Origin: the human T2T-CHM13v2.0 reference genome, Homo sapiens
Length of the DNA stretch: 64,000 bases
Reading direction: 5' to 3' (one strand)
Assembly (NCBI RefSeq): GCF_009914755.1
Contig: NC_060928.1
Made by a program: the position numbers and the translations under genes. Positions 27,602 through 41,604 of this stretch are shown here, in pieces (within the stretch, counting starts at the first letter, position 1; each line of letters starts with the position of its first letter). The notes under the pieces were generated by a model, which searched no databases, was not told the DNA's origin, and saw nothing but the letters and a program-made list of their open reading frames with translations.

Positions 27602-28553
27602 TCAAACTATTCTTTCTCCATGCTTTTACTGAATATTTTACGTGTGTGCTTGGGTATTTATTACCCTCTCTGTCAGTTTACTTTCAGTAAAATTAGGAAA
27701 AATTAAAATATATATGTTAAAGACTTGAATGGATGTCAGTTGAACTAAAGCTATGTAAATTGTATAGCATAGTTTGCGGCACAATTTAAGTACTCAGTAA
27801 ATGTCAGCTGCTAGTATTGTGGCTGTTTTGTAAGCTCTCATAATTATTTCTCTGTGTATACATTTTTATTTTGTTTTTTTTTTTTTTTTTTTTTTTGAGA
27901 GACTCTTATTTTTTTAAAGCAGTTTTAGGTTCACAGCAAAATTTAGCAGAAGGGACAAAGTTTCCCCACGTTGTCTTTTTGTCTCTCACCTGACTTAAAG
28001 TTCTTTGCATTCAGGGTTACTGCACAAGAGGTATTTAATACATTTTAATCACTTTAATATCATTATAACTAACTGATTTTTCTCTCTGTCAGTAGATAAC
28101 ACATTACTATGCAAACAATACTTCATTCAACACATTTTCCGATTACTTGTTTGGTGTTATTTTAGATCATTAACATATAAAATATGACAGTAAAATACTA
28201 TGAATAATAAACTATTCAAAATTTAATCTATAGTAAACCATTCTAGGGCAATAAATTTCAGTGAATTTCTTGTACAAAGATGTTGTCAAACTTATATTAC
28301 GCTGGGATTACTCTCAGCATAGAACAGAGAGAAATTAAGCCTTTTTTTGTTCTGATCCATTAATCTTGAAAACTGGCCTAAATGTCTTCTTGGCAAGTCT
28401 AGCAATTCAGAATTAGATTTGAAAAATAGGGTAACTTTGTAGATTTTAAACTTCATTTTATACTTTCATTTGTAAGGCTAGCCAAAACAGAGTGGAAAGA
28501 AATTAAAATCATAGAGATATTATTGGGTTTTCCTATGTAGACTTTGCAATTTT

Positions 28554-28559
28554 TTTATT
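28554..28559 (-). terminator. Candidate SULT1D1P polyadenylation signal AATAAA
   Basis: Minus-strand AATAAA about 130 nt after the TAA stop. The context is AT-rich, so it may be chance. Confidence 0.35.
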
Positions 28560-28690
28560 ATTCCATTACAAACAATGTGGGTAAATAAGAAATACATCAC
28601 TACTGAATTTTCCTTTACCAAACACAGGAAAGATTTTTTTCTTATAAATTAAGTGCTAACTAAAGGAGATTGAGAAAAAGCAGGTACTTC

Positions 28691-28873
<183 letters not shown>

Positions 28874-29153
28874 TTACTATACCCTTTATTTTTACCCCTT
28901 TAACTTTTGGACATCATATCGGTGCCATATCTCTCATCCTAAACTTCCACTCCCATACTTCTAGACCTTGTTAATCTTCAAAAAATTCCCACAGATTTTT
29001 TCAGTATCCTGTGTAAATAAACAATCCCTTAAATAGCTTATAGAAATGTCACTGGGAAAAAAACACATCTCAAAATCTCGATTCTTTGGCTTCAAGAATT
29101 TTCTTAACAAAAGATATAAAGGACTTTTTAGTCCTTTTAAAATTATGTTTTCT

Positions 29154-29450
29154 GGCTGGGCGTGGTGGCTCACACCTGTAATCCAAGCACTTTGGGAGGC
29201 CGAGGCGGCAGATCATATGAGGCCAGGAGTTCGAGACCAGCCTGGTCAACATGGTGAAACCCCATCTCTAATAAAAATACAAAAATCAGCCAGGTGTGGT
29301 GGCATGTGCCTAAATCCCAATTACTTGGGAGGCTGAGGAAGAAGAATCACTTGAACCCAAGAGTGGAGGCTGCAGTGAGTCAAGATCACACCACTGCACT
29401 CCAGTCTGGGGGACAGAGCGAGACTCTGTTTCAAAATAAATAAATAAATA
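29154..29450 (+). mobile_element. AluS
   Basis: Full dimer with a (TAAA)n tail. Confidence 0.92.
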
Positions 29451-29531
29451 TATATATATATACACACACACACATATATAAATATATAAATGTATATAAA
29501 TATATATAAATATATGTATAAATACATATAA

Positions 29532-29569
<38 letters not shown>
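29449..29569. repeat. (TA)n/(CA)n microsatellite at the Alu tail
   Basis: Directly visible. Confidence 0.9.
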
Positions 29570-29572
<3 letters not shown>

Positions 29573-29874
29573 TCCCCATGTCAAATGATAATTTATGAAA
29601 AAAAGTTTTATGGTCAAGTAAGATTGGACATTGCTGGGTTAAATGCAATTAAACTTTTTTTTTTAACCACAGAATTTCCCAGTCTTCAAAATGTTATCCT
29701 TATCAAAAACCTTACAGGAAGGATATAGGACATAGCATTTACAATAAATATCTGATAAGAAAAATTAATGCCATTTTCATAGAATATCTCGCAGGGTAAT
29801 GCAGAGATATAGTTGGAAGCCTGGTTGTAGGAAAAAACAGGGAAAAATGTCTAAATATCTATGTCAGTCTGGCT

Positions 29875-30110
29875 CAGGGTTTCTCAACTTTGGCATTTTA
29901 CTTAATTGATTTAAATATTCACTGTTGAAAGTTGGAGCCAGACAATTCTTTGCTGGGGGAAGGGAGAACTGACTTGGGCATTGTAGGATGTTTAGCAGCT
30001 TTCCTAGCCTCTATGCAATGCCAACAGTCTCCTCCTAGTTGTGACAATCAAAAATGTCTACAGAAGTTGCCAAACATCTCCTGAAAGACAAAATTGTACC
30101 TGGCCGAGAT
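29875..30110. mobile_element. MER20 hAT-Charlie element
   Basis: cagggtttctcaactttggca...cattgtaggatgtttagcagc...gttgtgacaatcaaaaatgtct. Confidence 0.85.
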
Positions 30111-30261
30111 CCAGATATTCCCAGCAATACTTACCCATGGCATACTTCCTAATCAAAATGAAAAAAAATCGAGACCTATGAAAACACATTATAATTACCA
30201 TTACACTTTATAGCCTATAGCCAAAACACCTGTCTCTCAAAAAATGTCTTAAATTTTTTTA

Positions 30262-30655
30262 CTGCAAACAATTATTTACTCCCTTCTTTACCATAAGAAG
30301 ATTTTACATCCCTGTTCACCATCATGTGTTAGGCAATTCCTCCTTGCCTCCTTAACTTAGCTTGGATTTCTAATATGCTTTGGCCAATGAACTTTGAATA
30401 TATGTGACATACACCACATCTGAAAAGAAGTTTCAAAAGATATTATAAGTTTCATTGACTCTCTTGCTCTTTCTCTCTATCATGATATTGGGCATAATCC
30501 ACATATGGGCAGCAATTTCAGCCTGGGTTTCAGAAAGAGAAGATCCAGGAAGCTGAGCCCAGGAGAGCTCAGTGCAGTGGCCATAGGTGACTAGTATCCA
30601 CCAACATGTTACTGAAATGAGAAATGAAATGTGTGGTTTTATGCCACTGAGATTC
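30262..30655 (+). mobile_element. Old MLT1 MaLR LTR
   Basis: tgctttggccaatgaa...gtgacatacaccacatctga...ttcagcctgggt...gccactgagatt. Confidence 0.7.
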
Positions 30656-31062
30656 TTTAATGAGGAATGAATAATTTACCATAGTCATAGCAACAAATTC
30701 AAGGAGTGGACACTCTTTTATTAATTTAGTATGCCTAACATTATTTAAGCTAGCTACCTAACACAGTAAAATTTTTAAGGAATGTAGAGGGTATCTAGAT
30801 GATTCAGACAAAGGGCATTCTTCTGACATAGAAATGGGTGCCAACACTCATGCTTATTGATACACATGCTTTTTAGTAAATATTTCTCATTAGAAGGCTT
30901 GTCTTACATGTTAGACTTCCTGAGAAAAAAGAATTTCTTTGCCACAGATTATTTCCTCTAAAATTTTTTTGTTTTGTTTAGTTTTCCATTTTTCTCTCCC
31001 AAGTATACCAAATTTCTTTCCATTTCCTACAATATTGCTGTTATCTACTCTCTCCATGATCA

Positions 31063-31293
<231 letters not shown>

Positions 31294-31816
31294 TTATAGA
31301 GAAAAATAATCATTTCAGGCAGATTTGGTCATGAAGCAGAGAATGCATTTACCAAGGTTCTACATATGACAAAGTAATAGATAAAATAATTTTAGATTTT
31401 TATGTGCATTTTAAATTTTGCTTTTCTAAGTACATATTCTATTCTTGATTATACCAAGCAAACCATCTGCTAAAAGAAATATTTAAACTGCAAAGAAAAA
31501 GATTAGGTTAATACCCAAACTTTCAAATTCAAAAATAGAATTCACCTTTAGAATAACCAATGGTAACAGAGCAACCTGTTATTATCATTAGGTATAATTT
31601 TTAAGATCTGTTAATCTACTTTATTAAGCAAATTTAACATCAAGAATTGATACCTATCTCAAGAATTCTCTTATAGTGGAAAGAAGATTCTCTACCTCTC
31701 ATACCTACATAGATTATTTGATAGTATGAGTATATAAGATGGAAAGTAAAATAAAGTATTGTCCATTTTCTTTTTTTATATATATTTGAAATTTTATATT
31801 TGAAAATCTCTTTACC

Positions 31817-32277
31817 TTTTTTTATTATACTTTAAGTTCTAGGGTACATGTACACAACATGCAGGTTTGTTACATATGTATACATGTGCCATGTTGATGT
31901 GCTGTACCCATTAACTCGTCGTTTACATTAGGTATATCTCCTAATGCTATCCCTCCCCCCTCCCCCACATTTTCTTAATCCAGTCTATCATTGATGGACA
32001 TTTGGGTTGGTTCCAAGTCTTTCCTATTGTGAATAGTGCCGCAATAAACATACGTGTGCACGTGTCTTTATAGCAGCATGATTTATAATCCTTTGGGTAT
32101 ATACCCAGTAATGGGATGGCTAGGTCAAATGGTATTTCTAGTTCTAGATCCTTGAGGAATTGCCACACTGTCTTCCACATTGGTTGAACCAGTTTACAGT
32201 TGTTCCTATTTCTCCACATCCTCTCCAGCACCTGTTGTTTCCTGACTTTTTAATGATCGCCATTCTAACTGGTGTGA
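31817..32277 (-). mobile_element. L1PA (about L1PA4-5) 3' fragment with internal deletions
   Basis: ttattatactttaagttctagggtacatg 3' end. ORF 31947..32231 is the ORF2 C-terminus. Deletion of about 230 bp at 31965-31968. Confidence 0.92.
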
Positions 32278-32569
32278 CGATTTTCTAACCTAAAGAATGG
32301 CGGGGAAGATAAAGACAGCAAGGAATAAGAGATATTTATTTGATGTATTTCTTAAGGTTTCCCTTCTCTGTGCTTCAGACTGGACATAGGAAGGCATATT
32401 AGATACAATGAAGCATGACATTCTAGACAGAGTTTGTGCCCTGCTACCTGTCAGGTGGGTGTTCTTCTCAGTGTTTCAAATCAAACTGAGGCATAAAGCC
32501 ATAACCTTAATTACCTAGCAAGATCAAGCAGAAAGACAACCTGAGACTTAGCTTTCCTGAGTGACTCAT

Positions 32570-33320
<751 letters not shown>

Positions 33321-33323
33321 ATA

Positions 33324-33727
33324 TATCATAGTTTGGATATTTGTCTCTTCCGAATCTCATGTTGAAATGTAATCCCCAATGTTGAAGGTGGGGCCTGGTG
33401 GAAGGTGTTTGGGATCATGGGAACAGATGCTTCATGAATGGTTTGGTTCTGTCCTCAAAATATTGAGTGTGTTCTCCCATGATCTAGTTGTTTAAAAGTG
33501 TGTGGTACCTCCCCACTCTCTCTCTTGCTCCCACTTTCATCATGTGACATGCTGGGTCTTCATCCTCTTCAGCCATAATTGTAAGTTTCCTAAGGCCCTC
33601 ACTAGAGGCAGGCTGCCAGCAGCATGCTTTCTGTACAGCCTGCAAAACCACGAGCTAATTAAACCTCTTTTCTTTATAAATTACCCAGCCACAGGTATTT
33701 ATCATGATGCAAAAACTGACCAATACA
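33324..33727 (+). mobile_element. MST (MSTA/B) MaLR solo LTR
   Basis: gtttggatatttgtc...gttgaaatgtaatccccaatg...ttaaacctcttttctttataaattacccagc...aataca. Confidence 0.88.
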
Positions 33728-34469
33728 GTATCTCACTGTCATTCAGAGTGACAGGTACAAAGTAGTTTAAGCAGGATGCAGAAGATGATGAAAATTTGAC
33801 TAAGGAACCTGCCAGAGGCAGATATCTTAGCTGAGTCAGGTGGTTTCTCTTGAGATGTACAACAGATTTATCAAATTAGAGATAAATGAGAGTAACAGCT
33901 ATCTTAAAGGAATTTAGAGAAATCTAAGGGACCAAGATGAGACTGAGTGAGGGCTGCTGGACCTTAAGCAAATTAAGGAAGGTAGACTACAGTAACAGTT
34001 TTACCTGACAGAGACTTCAGTTTTGAATGCAAGTATGACTCACAAAGTTCACATGACAAAGATCTTAAGAATAAAAAAAGGTTAAATGAAAATTAGTAAA
34101 TAAATTTTTTCAGGTACACTCAGTGAGTTAAGGAAAGGTGGCATAAGAAGAGGTTGTAGAAATAGATGGGGATGAAAGAATGTCACTCTATGTATGCTCT
34201 TAATTATTATTTTATATTTTAGGTAGGGACCAAAGCCATTAAGAGATTTGAAGCATGGAGTGGCATATTAGGATTTAGAATTTTAAAATATTATTCTTTA
34301 TGGATGGATAATGAAAGATGAGGTTGTCCAAAGAAATTTAGATGTCTAAAGTAGAGGGGAGGCAGTGGTGCTAGAAAGATGTGGATGCATAAAACATCCA
34401 TTTTCAAGCTGCAATTGAAAGAATGGTAAGTTAGTCATATTTACAGACATAGAGGAAACAAAAGTATTA

Positions 34470-34697
<228 letters not shown>

Positions 34698-34824
34698 TCA
34701 TCATTATCAATGCTTACACACTGATTAGCTATTAGTTCAAGAAAGGGATAAGCATAAGAGAAGTATATGAGATAACCACTATTCTCAATGAATTTAAAAT
34801 CTCCTTGGAAGGAACAAAATTCTT

Positions 34825-35741
34825 ATATAATAAGATGAATTCTGTTCTCTCAAAATTCATATGATAAAGTCCTAAATCCCAGTACCTCAGAATGTGACTG
34901 TAGTTGGAGATGGGTCTTTAAATAGATAATTAAGTGAAAATTAAGGCATTAGATGGGTCCTAATCCAATTGTTTCTACAGGATGAGAAAATTAGGACACA
35001 GACACTCACCAACCATTTGAAAATAGGGGGAAAAACAGTTATATACAAGCCAAAAAGAAAAGCCTCAGAAGAAACTAATCCTAATGAAATACTGATCTTG
35101 GACTTCTACCCTTCAGAGCTGTGAGAAAATACATTGCTATTGTTTAAAACATCAGATCCAGTCCAGTCTGTGGAAATTTGTTATGACAGCCTTATCAAAA
35201 TAATATAGATTTTGATCCTGGGAAATGGGGTACTTTTTTGTAATAAATACCTAAAATGTGGAAGGGGCTTTGGAATCAGATAATGAATAGAAGTTGAAGA
35301 GCTTTGAGTTACATATTAGAAAAAAAAATCCTAGATTGCCTTGAAGAGATGGTTGGTAGAAATATAGATGCTATGAATGATTATGATAAGGGCTTATAAA
35401 ACAAAAGAAGAATTTTATAAAGAAAACTTCTCTCATGATACAACTGTCATCATGAGCAGAATATTAGTAGAAATATGTTGAACAAAATACTTTAAAAGTT
35501 AAAGATACTCTGATGAGGTTTCAGACAAATGAGGAGCATATTATTGGAAATTGGAGGAAAGTCATTAATTGTTATAAAGTGGAAAATAAGTTGGCCAAAT
35601 TGTGTTCTAGTGTTTTGTGGGAAGTGTAACTTGTAAGTAATAAACTTAGATATTTAGCTGAGGAGATTTCTAAACAAAATATTCGATGTTCAGCCTGGTT
35701 TCTCCTAACCGCAAGTCAAGAGAGACCAATTAAAGAAGAAA
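34825..35741 (+). mobile_element. MLT1A/B LTR (to about 35206) plus start of MaLR internal region
   Basis: ccagtacctcagaatgtgactg...tttgttatgacagcc, then internal ataaatacctaaaatgtggaa...ttagctgaggagatttctaa. Confidence 0.8.
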
Positions 35742-35744
35742 GCA

Positions 35745-36882
35745 TTGGCTTCAGAGGAGGGTGGAGCAAGATGGTAGCATAGGACTATTTGGTGATCATG
35801 CCCTTGCAGAAATATCAATTTGAACAACTCTTTACACACAAAAGTACCTCCACAAGAGCTAATAAAGTCAGGTGAGAGATCACATTACCTAATTATAGCA
35901 CAATAATAATAAAAGATACATTGACGAGAGTAGAAATAAAAGTTTTGCATTATCCGTGTCATTCCTTTTCCCCCTCCAGGCAACACAAAATGGAGAGAGA
36001 TACAGTGTACTTGGGTGAAAGAGAAGCAAGTAAGTATAGGACTTTGTCTTGGATGTCACAGTAAAATAAAGCACTAGGTAGAACCCTAGGGGCTCAGACT
36101 CCAGGCCAGTGCCTGCAGACTGAGCCTCCAGACCTGCCCCCACACCAGGTTGGAACCTGTATCCCCTGTGAGGTAGACTTAATCTTCAGTCTTTATCACC
36201 ACCAGCCAACTACAGCTGCCTTGGGCTCTGGATAGCCCTTAGTGGTGGGCAGACCTCAGTGGGCATGGTGTTTTGGACATGCCTCAGTGCTGTGCTAGCC
36301 TTAGTGGCCGCAGAATTTTAGCCAAGCACCATGCCAGCCACAGTGGTCCCAGGCTTAGAGGTCGCCCATAGTGCTGCAACAATTGCAGCACCGTGGCCCC
36401 AGGCTTAGAGTTTACCCCTAGTGCTGAAACAACTGTAGCACATGCTTCTTTTAGCCAAGCATGGTGCTTGGCTAAAATAATAACTGCAACACTAGGACTC
36501 ACTAATGCTGCAACAACTGGTACTTAGGGTCCATGCCAGATGGCCCATCCAAAATCTCTGAACAGGCTTAGCAATAAAGACAGTGTGAAAAGACTATAGT
36601 AAGCACCTACCTGTTCAAATGTGTAGACATTGTTGCATGATATTGTTGCATGACAGCAAGGATCAAGAACAATCAGGAAAACATGATATCACCAAACAGA
36701 CAAAATAATCTGCCAGTGACTGACCCTAAAGAAATGGACATATATGAATTGTCTTACAAAGACTTCAAAATAGCTCTTTTAAGAAAGTTCAAGGAATTCC
36801 ATAAAATACAGAGAATGTAAAGAAATAAGGAAAATAATGAGTAACCAGAACAAGAAATTTGACAGAGAGATTGAAATCATAA
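35745..36882 (+). mobile_element. Old L1M 5' UTR and ORF1 start, 3'-truncated
   Basis: ggagcaagatgg 5' terminus, GC-richer UTR, ORF1-like aatcaggaaaacatga...gaccctaaagaaatgga. Confidence 0.8.
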
Positions 36883-37583
36883 TGAAGAAATTATTAAGCA
36901 AAAAAAAAAAAAAAAAAAAAGAAAGAAAAGGATGTGGAGGAAAATGAGTGCATTTGAATTTAAAATAAAGAGTTGAACTTTGATAATAAAAATAAGGATC
37001 ACATTCTATGGACAAAAAAATTAGTCCAAGGAATGGCATGAGTAAATCTATGAAAGATATTATTGATATGTATCTGCCTGAAAGATAAAGTTTATACAGA
37101 ATATTAAATGAGAATTAAAGGTAGAGTTATTACTGTGGATGTGAATATGTTTCCCTGAGGAAGAGAATACAGAGATAGAAGAACAAACTCTTGAGAAAAA
37201 AAAACCTTTAACTCATTTTATATAATAAAAATAAAGAAATGGTAGATAAGAAAGAATTTTAAAATATGTATAAAATTTACTTGTGCAGTGTCATGGATAG
37301 CAAGAGGAAAATGCTTAAATAAATTGCCAATAGTCACTAATCATGAATAAAATGATGAGATCAGGGACTGAAGTATCTGTCTGTCACTTATAACCCAAAA
37401 GTCCTTTAAGGAAAGAGACAATAATATATTCTGCTTCCTCTGTAGTCTTCCTAATGCATTAATAGAGTGCTGGGTACATAATTGGTTTATAATAAACACA
37501 AAACATATTTAAAATTTATATCTCTTTGCAAAAGAAGGCTTTTCATTACAGAGCTGCATGATTAAATGATGAACAGGACTCAC

Positions 37584-37710
37584 ACTTTCCAGTCATGAAT
37601 TTTTCCAGGAACTCCTCCCAAGTTCCAGGATCTGGGTGCATTTTTGCCATCTGGCGGAAATAATAATAAGACACAGCCACATCTTTGGCATTCCATGCCA
37701 TGTAGATCAT
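37584..37710 (-). pseudogene. SULT1D1P: SULT1D1P coding exon 4 (127 bp)
   Basis: MIYMAWNAKDVAVSYYYFRQMAKMHPDPGTWEEFLEKFMTGK. ccacag acceptor and GTGAGT donor intact. The 3'-phosphate-binding Arg130 is Trp. Confidence 0.95.
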
Positions 37711-37939
37711 CTGTGGAGAGATTTGAAAAAGCAGGACTTTGTTTCTATTGTCTAATAGTTTTTAAGCTTTTGCTCACTTTAACAGAATGCTTGTTTTCTA
37801 TTTCCTGATTTTGGCATTTATATCTATATCCTGATGTAGGATACTCAACAATTGTATGTTGTTTTAACATGAAGAGTTCTCATCTCTCACATGCCTACTT
37901 TTTCTTTATCTCTCAAAAAGAAAAGAAAAGAACATCTCT

Positions 37940-38098
37940 CTATCTTGTTTTTGTTTTTTGTTGTTGTTGTTGATGTTTTAAGTGGGAGGTCTCTTTATAA
38001 TGCAGAAGCTGACCTCAAACTCCTGGGCTTGAGCAATTATCCTACCTATGCCTACGCCTCACCATAGCAGGATTACAGGCATGTGTCACCACCCCAGC
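37940..38098 (-). mobile_element. FLAM-type Alu monomer
   Basis: Single arm with a (TTG)n tail. TSD aagaacatctct / aagagcatctct. Confidence 0.8.
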
Positions 38099-38972
38099 AA
38101 GAGCATCTCTTGAAACATGAAAAATCAAATCTAAGAATTATAATAAGTATTAAATTAATAAAAACTTAGTTAATATTATGCTTAAATTCAGAATATTTTT
38201 CTGCATCATTTATTAAAACTACTAATAAAAAGGATAAGCAATTTTTAAAAGATGAAAAAATGTCCAATATTTTATTGAAAATAAATTATTACTTGGATAA
38301 ACTCAGAGTCACAAAAGATTAAAACTTCTTTATTCTACCCATGATTGTGGTTACATAACAATCATTGATACTTGTAATTACTGGTGTGAGATTATAATTT
38401 AATTTACATATGTGGCCTCAAGTCTTCTTGAAGGCAAAAATGATATTGTTATGTCTCATTGGTAATTAGGTTCGGTTCTCAGGCAAAAATCTATTAAACC
38501 TACTTCTCACTTGAAGCACACCTAATAATACTGAGGACTCAGCCACCCATGAAATAAATATATTCCTAAGGGAGTGTGCATTCAGGAAGAAGCCATCTTC
38601 CATCTAACATCTTCCATCTAACTTCCTTCGTCCCCAAGTGATGGGCAAAGAAAATAGGAAACTTTATATTCCCAAGTTACTGTTAATAGTTCTCATAGTC
38701 TGAGACAAGGATTTGGATTAAAAGGGAGTGGCTGAAAAAGGGTTTTTCAACAGCTTGAGTATATAACTCTAAGAGTTGAGACTGTTGCTGGCATAGCTTC
38801 TTGAGAAAATAGTAAACCTACAAACATTTCCAGTTACTTCTTATTTCAATTCTGAGAGACTATGATAATAAGCCAACTGTTTACCTATCATCCTCACCTG
38901 TAACTTTCTTAGGAACTGTTTCTGCTAGCCTCAGTGTAAAAAGAAGACTATTCAAAGATATCCTCCAGTGCT

Positions 38973-39271
38973 TGCTCAGGCACCGTGGCTCATACCTGTA
39001 ATCCCAGAACTTTGGGAGGCCAAGGCAGGAAGATAACTTGATGCCAGGAGGTGCAGACCAGTCTGGCCAACGTAGTATGACATTGTCTCTTCAAATAAAA
39101 TAAATTAGCCAGGCATGGTGTGGGACACCTGTAGTCCCAGCTACTCCGGGGGGTGAGGCTGGATGATCATTTGAGCCCAGGAGTTGAGGCTGCAGTGAAT
39201 ATGATCATGCCACAGCATTCCAGCCTGAGTGATAGACAAAGCAAGACCCCATTTCTCAAAAGAAAAAAAAA
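38973..39271 (+). mobile_element. AluJ
   Basis: Diverged dimer. TSD aagatatcctccagt / aagatatctttcagt. Confidence 0.9.
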
Positions 39272-39858
39272 TTAAGATATCTTTCAGTTTTCCTAAAAGC
39301 AAGCCATGGGTTCCTGGGGCTTCTATAGATTTTTAATACTGGAATTAAGATAATAAATTACATGTCTACTCCCTTATCTCTCTTGTTTTTAATTGGACTT
39401 CGAAAGGAAAAAAGAAAGTCACACATAATCACAAGTATAAAAACTTTTTGTATAATAACGATGAAAATATCAGGTTTTCAAATGAAAAAGAACAGCTATT
39501 TTCCTCTTTCTATTAAAGGTGCTGGGGTAAAGATGTACTCTAAACATCTCCGTCAAATGTAGGGACTTAGTGATTGTCTACTTCCCATATTCATTTTCAC
39601 CACTTTACATTTTACACATTGTACTTAACCATTTGTAGATCTCTAACATATCTCTTGCTGTTTCACATCTCTTAACTTATGCATACACAGTTTCCTCTCC
39701 GTGAAATGTCCTGTATATGTGAAAATGTCCCTACTCTTTCTTCAGGATGCTGACCAATTTTTTTTCTCTATGAGACTTCTTTGCCAAATAGAATCTTTTT
39801 TACATAATGTTTTAGAATATTTTCTAATACATTAAGAAATGGTAGATAAGAAAGAATG

Positions 39859-39992
39859 TATCTTATTGATAGGTAATTATTTTTCAAATATATCTTGCTG
39901 ATAGGAATTATTTTTCTTACTGATAGGTAATTATTTTTCTTACCGATAGTTATTTTATCTTACTGATAGGTAATTATTCTTCAAATAGATCT
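39859..39992. repeat. Imperfect tandem array, core tcttactgataggtaattatttt x5
   Basis: Five visible units of variable length. Confidence 0.8.
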
Positions 39993-40371
39993 GTTTTTTT
40001 CATACTACTTAAGGTATTCCACAGGACTGCATGCTAAACAGGACAAAGGTCACAGACTTTTTTAACCATTGCCCAGTAGAGTACAGGGAAGTGACTGGCA
40101 TGCAGAAGAAGCTTGATGGTATTTGTAGAAATTAAGTAAAATTCAATTAGATGGCAGATAATGTATTATTTATGTTTGTATTTATAATACCAGTCACAAT
40201 ATTTGGTAGATACACAGTAACATTTCCATATATGATTACTGATTAAATGCTTATTGACTGATTTTGCTTATAAAAACGTAAACAGACAGAGTTGAAAGGA
40301 GAAATAAAGAATTTATAGTCAAATTTCAATACACTTCTCCAAGCAACTGATAAAATATTATTGAGAAAGTG

Positions 40372-40678
40372 GGCCGGCAATGGAGTGGCTCATGTCCATA
40401 ATCCTGGCATTTTGGGAGATGGAGTCAGAAGGATTGCTTGAGGCCAGGGGTTCAATACCAACCTGGGCAACACGGTAAAACCCCATCTCTACATAAAATT
40501 TTTAAAAAAATTATCCAGATGTGGTGGCACATGACTGTGGTTCCGGCTACTCAGGAGGCTGAGGCTGAAGGATCACATGAGCCCAGGAGTTTGAGGCTGC
40601 AGTGAGCTATGCTTATATTACTATACTCCAGTCTGGGTGACAGACTGATATTTTATCTCTAAAAGAAAATTAAAAAAT
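40372..40678 (+). mobile_element. AluJ
   Basis: Diverged dimer flanked by tgagaaag-like repeats. Confidence 0.88.
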
Positions 40679-41362
40679 ACATGAAGAGTGAGAAAGGTGA
40701 CATCTGGACAGATTTTACAAATATTAAAGGAATATTGCAAACAATTTTATTACAAAAATTTGACAATTTAAACAAAATAGATCAATTTTTTTGAAAGACA
40801 CAAAATACCAAACATTAAGTCAGGAAAGGAACGTAAGCAGAATGCTCCTATTTCTGTTAACTACAGTGACTTCGTAGAAAAACAAACAAACAAACAAACA
40901 AAAAAGCCTTTCAGACAAAGAAAATTTCAGGTTCAGCTGGCTTCAATGGTACAAATTATTTAAGACTAAAATGACAATGATTTAACCAAACACTTCTGAA
41001 AAACTGAAGAAGAGCAAATACTTAAATATTTTCCAACTCCTGAGGCCAGAACTACCTTAATATCAAAGCCATTGCAGCCAATGACAAAGACATCACAGAA
41101 AAATAGAACTATGGATCAATATCATTCATGATCAAAAGTGCATTTTTAAACTAGATAACCAAATCAAAGAATATATTAAAATATAATAATACACATAACT
41201 AAAAACAAGGTATGCAAAGTCATTTTAACATTTGGAAATCAACCAATGAAATTTATCATATTAATTGACTAAAATAATGGAAAGTCATATGATAGATCTT
41301 AATGGAGAAAAAGCATTAGACAAAATTCAACATATACAAGGTTGTTTTAACATTGAAAAATC

Positions 41363-41604
41363 TGACTGAGTGCGGTGGTTCATGCCTGTAATCCCAGCAC
41401 TTTGGGAGGCAGAGGCGGATGGATCACCTGAGGTTAGGAGTTCGAGACCAGCCTGACCAATATGGTGAAACCCTGTCTCTATTAAAAAATACAAAAGTTA
41501 GCCAGACATGATGGCATGCACCTGTATTCCCAGCTACTCAGGAGGCTGCCTGGAGTGCAGCCTGGACTCCAGAACGAGACTCCATCTCAAAAAAAAAAAA
41601 AAAA
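41363..41604 (+). mobile_element. AluSx-like with deleted and rearranged right arm
   Basis: Intact left arm and A tail. Right arm about 55 bp short. TSD aaaaatc. Confidence 0.9.

Noticed and set aside
29310-29648. IY-repeat ORFs
   Set aside because: Translation of the (TA)n tract and an antisense Alu.
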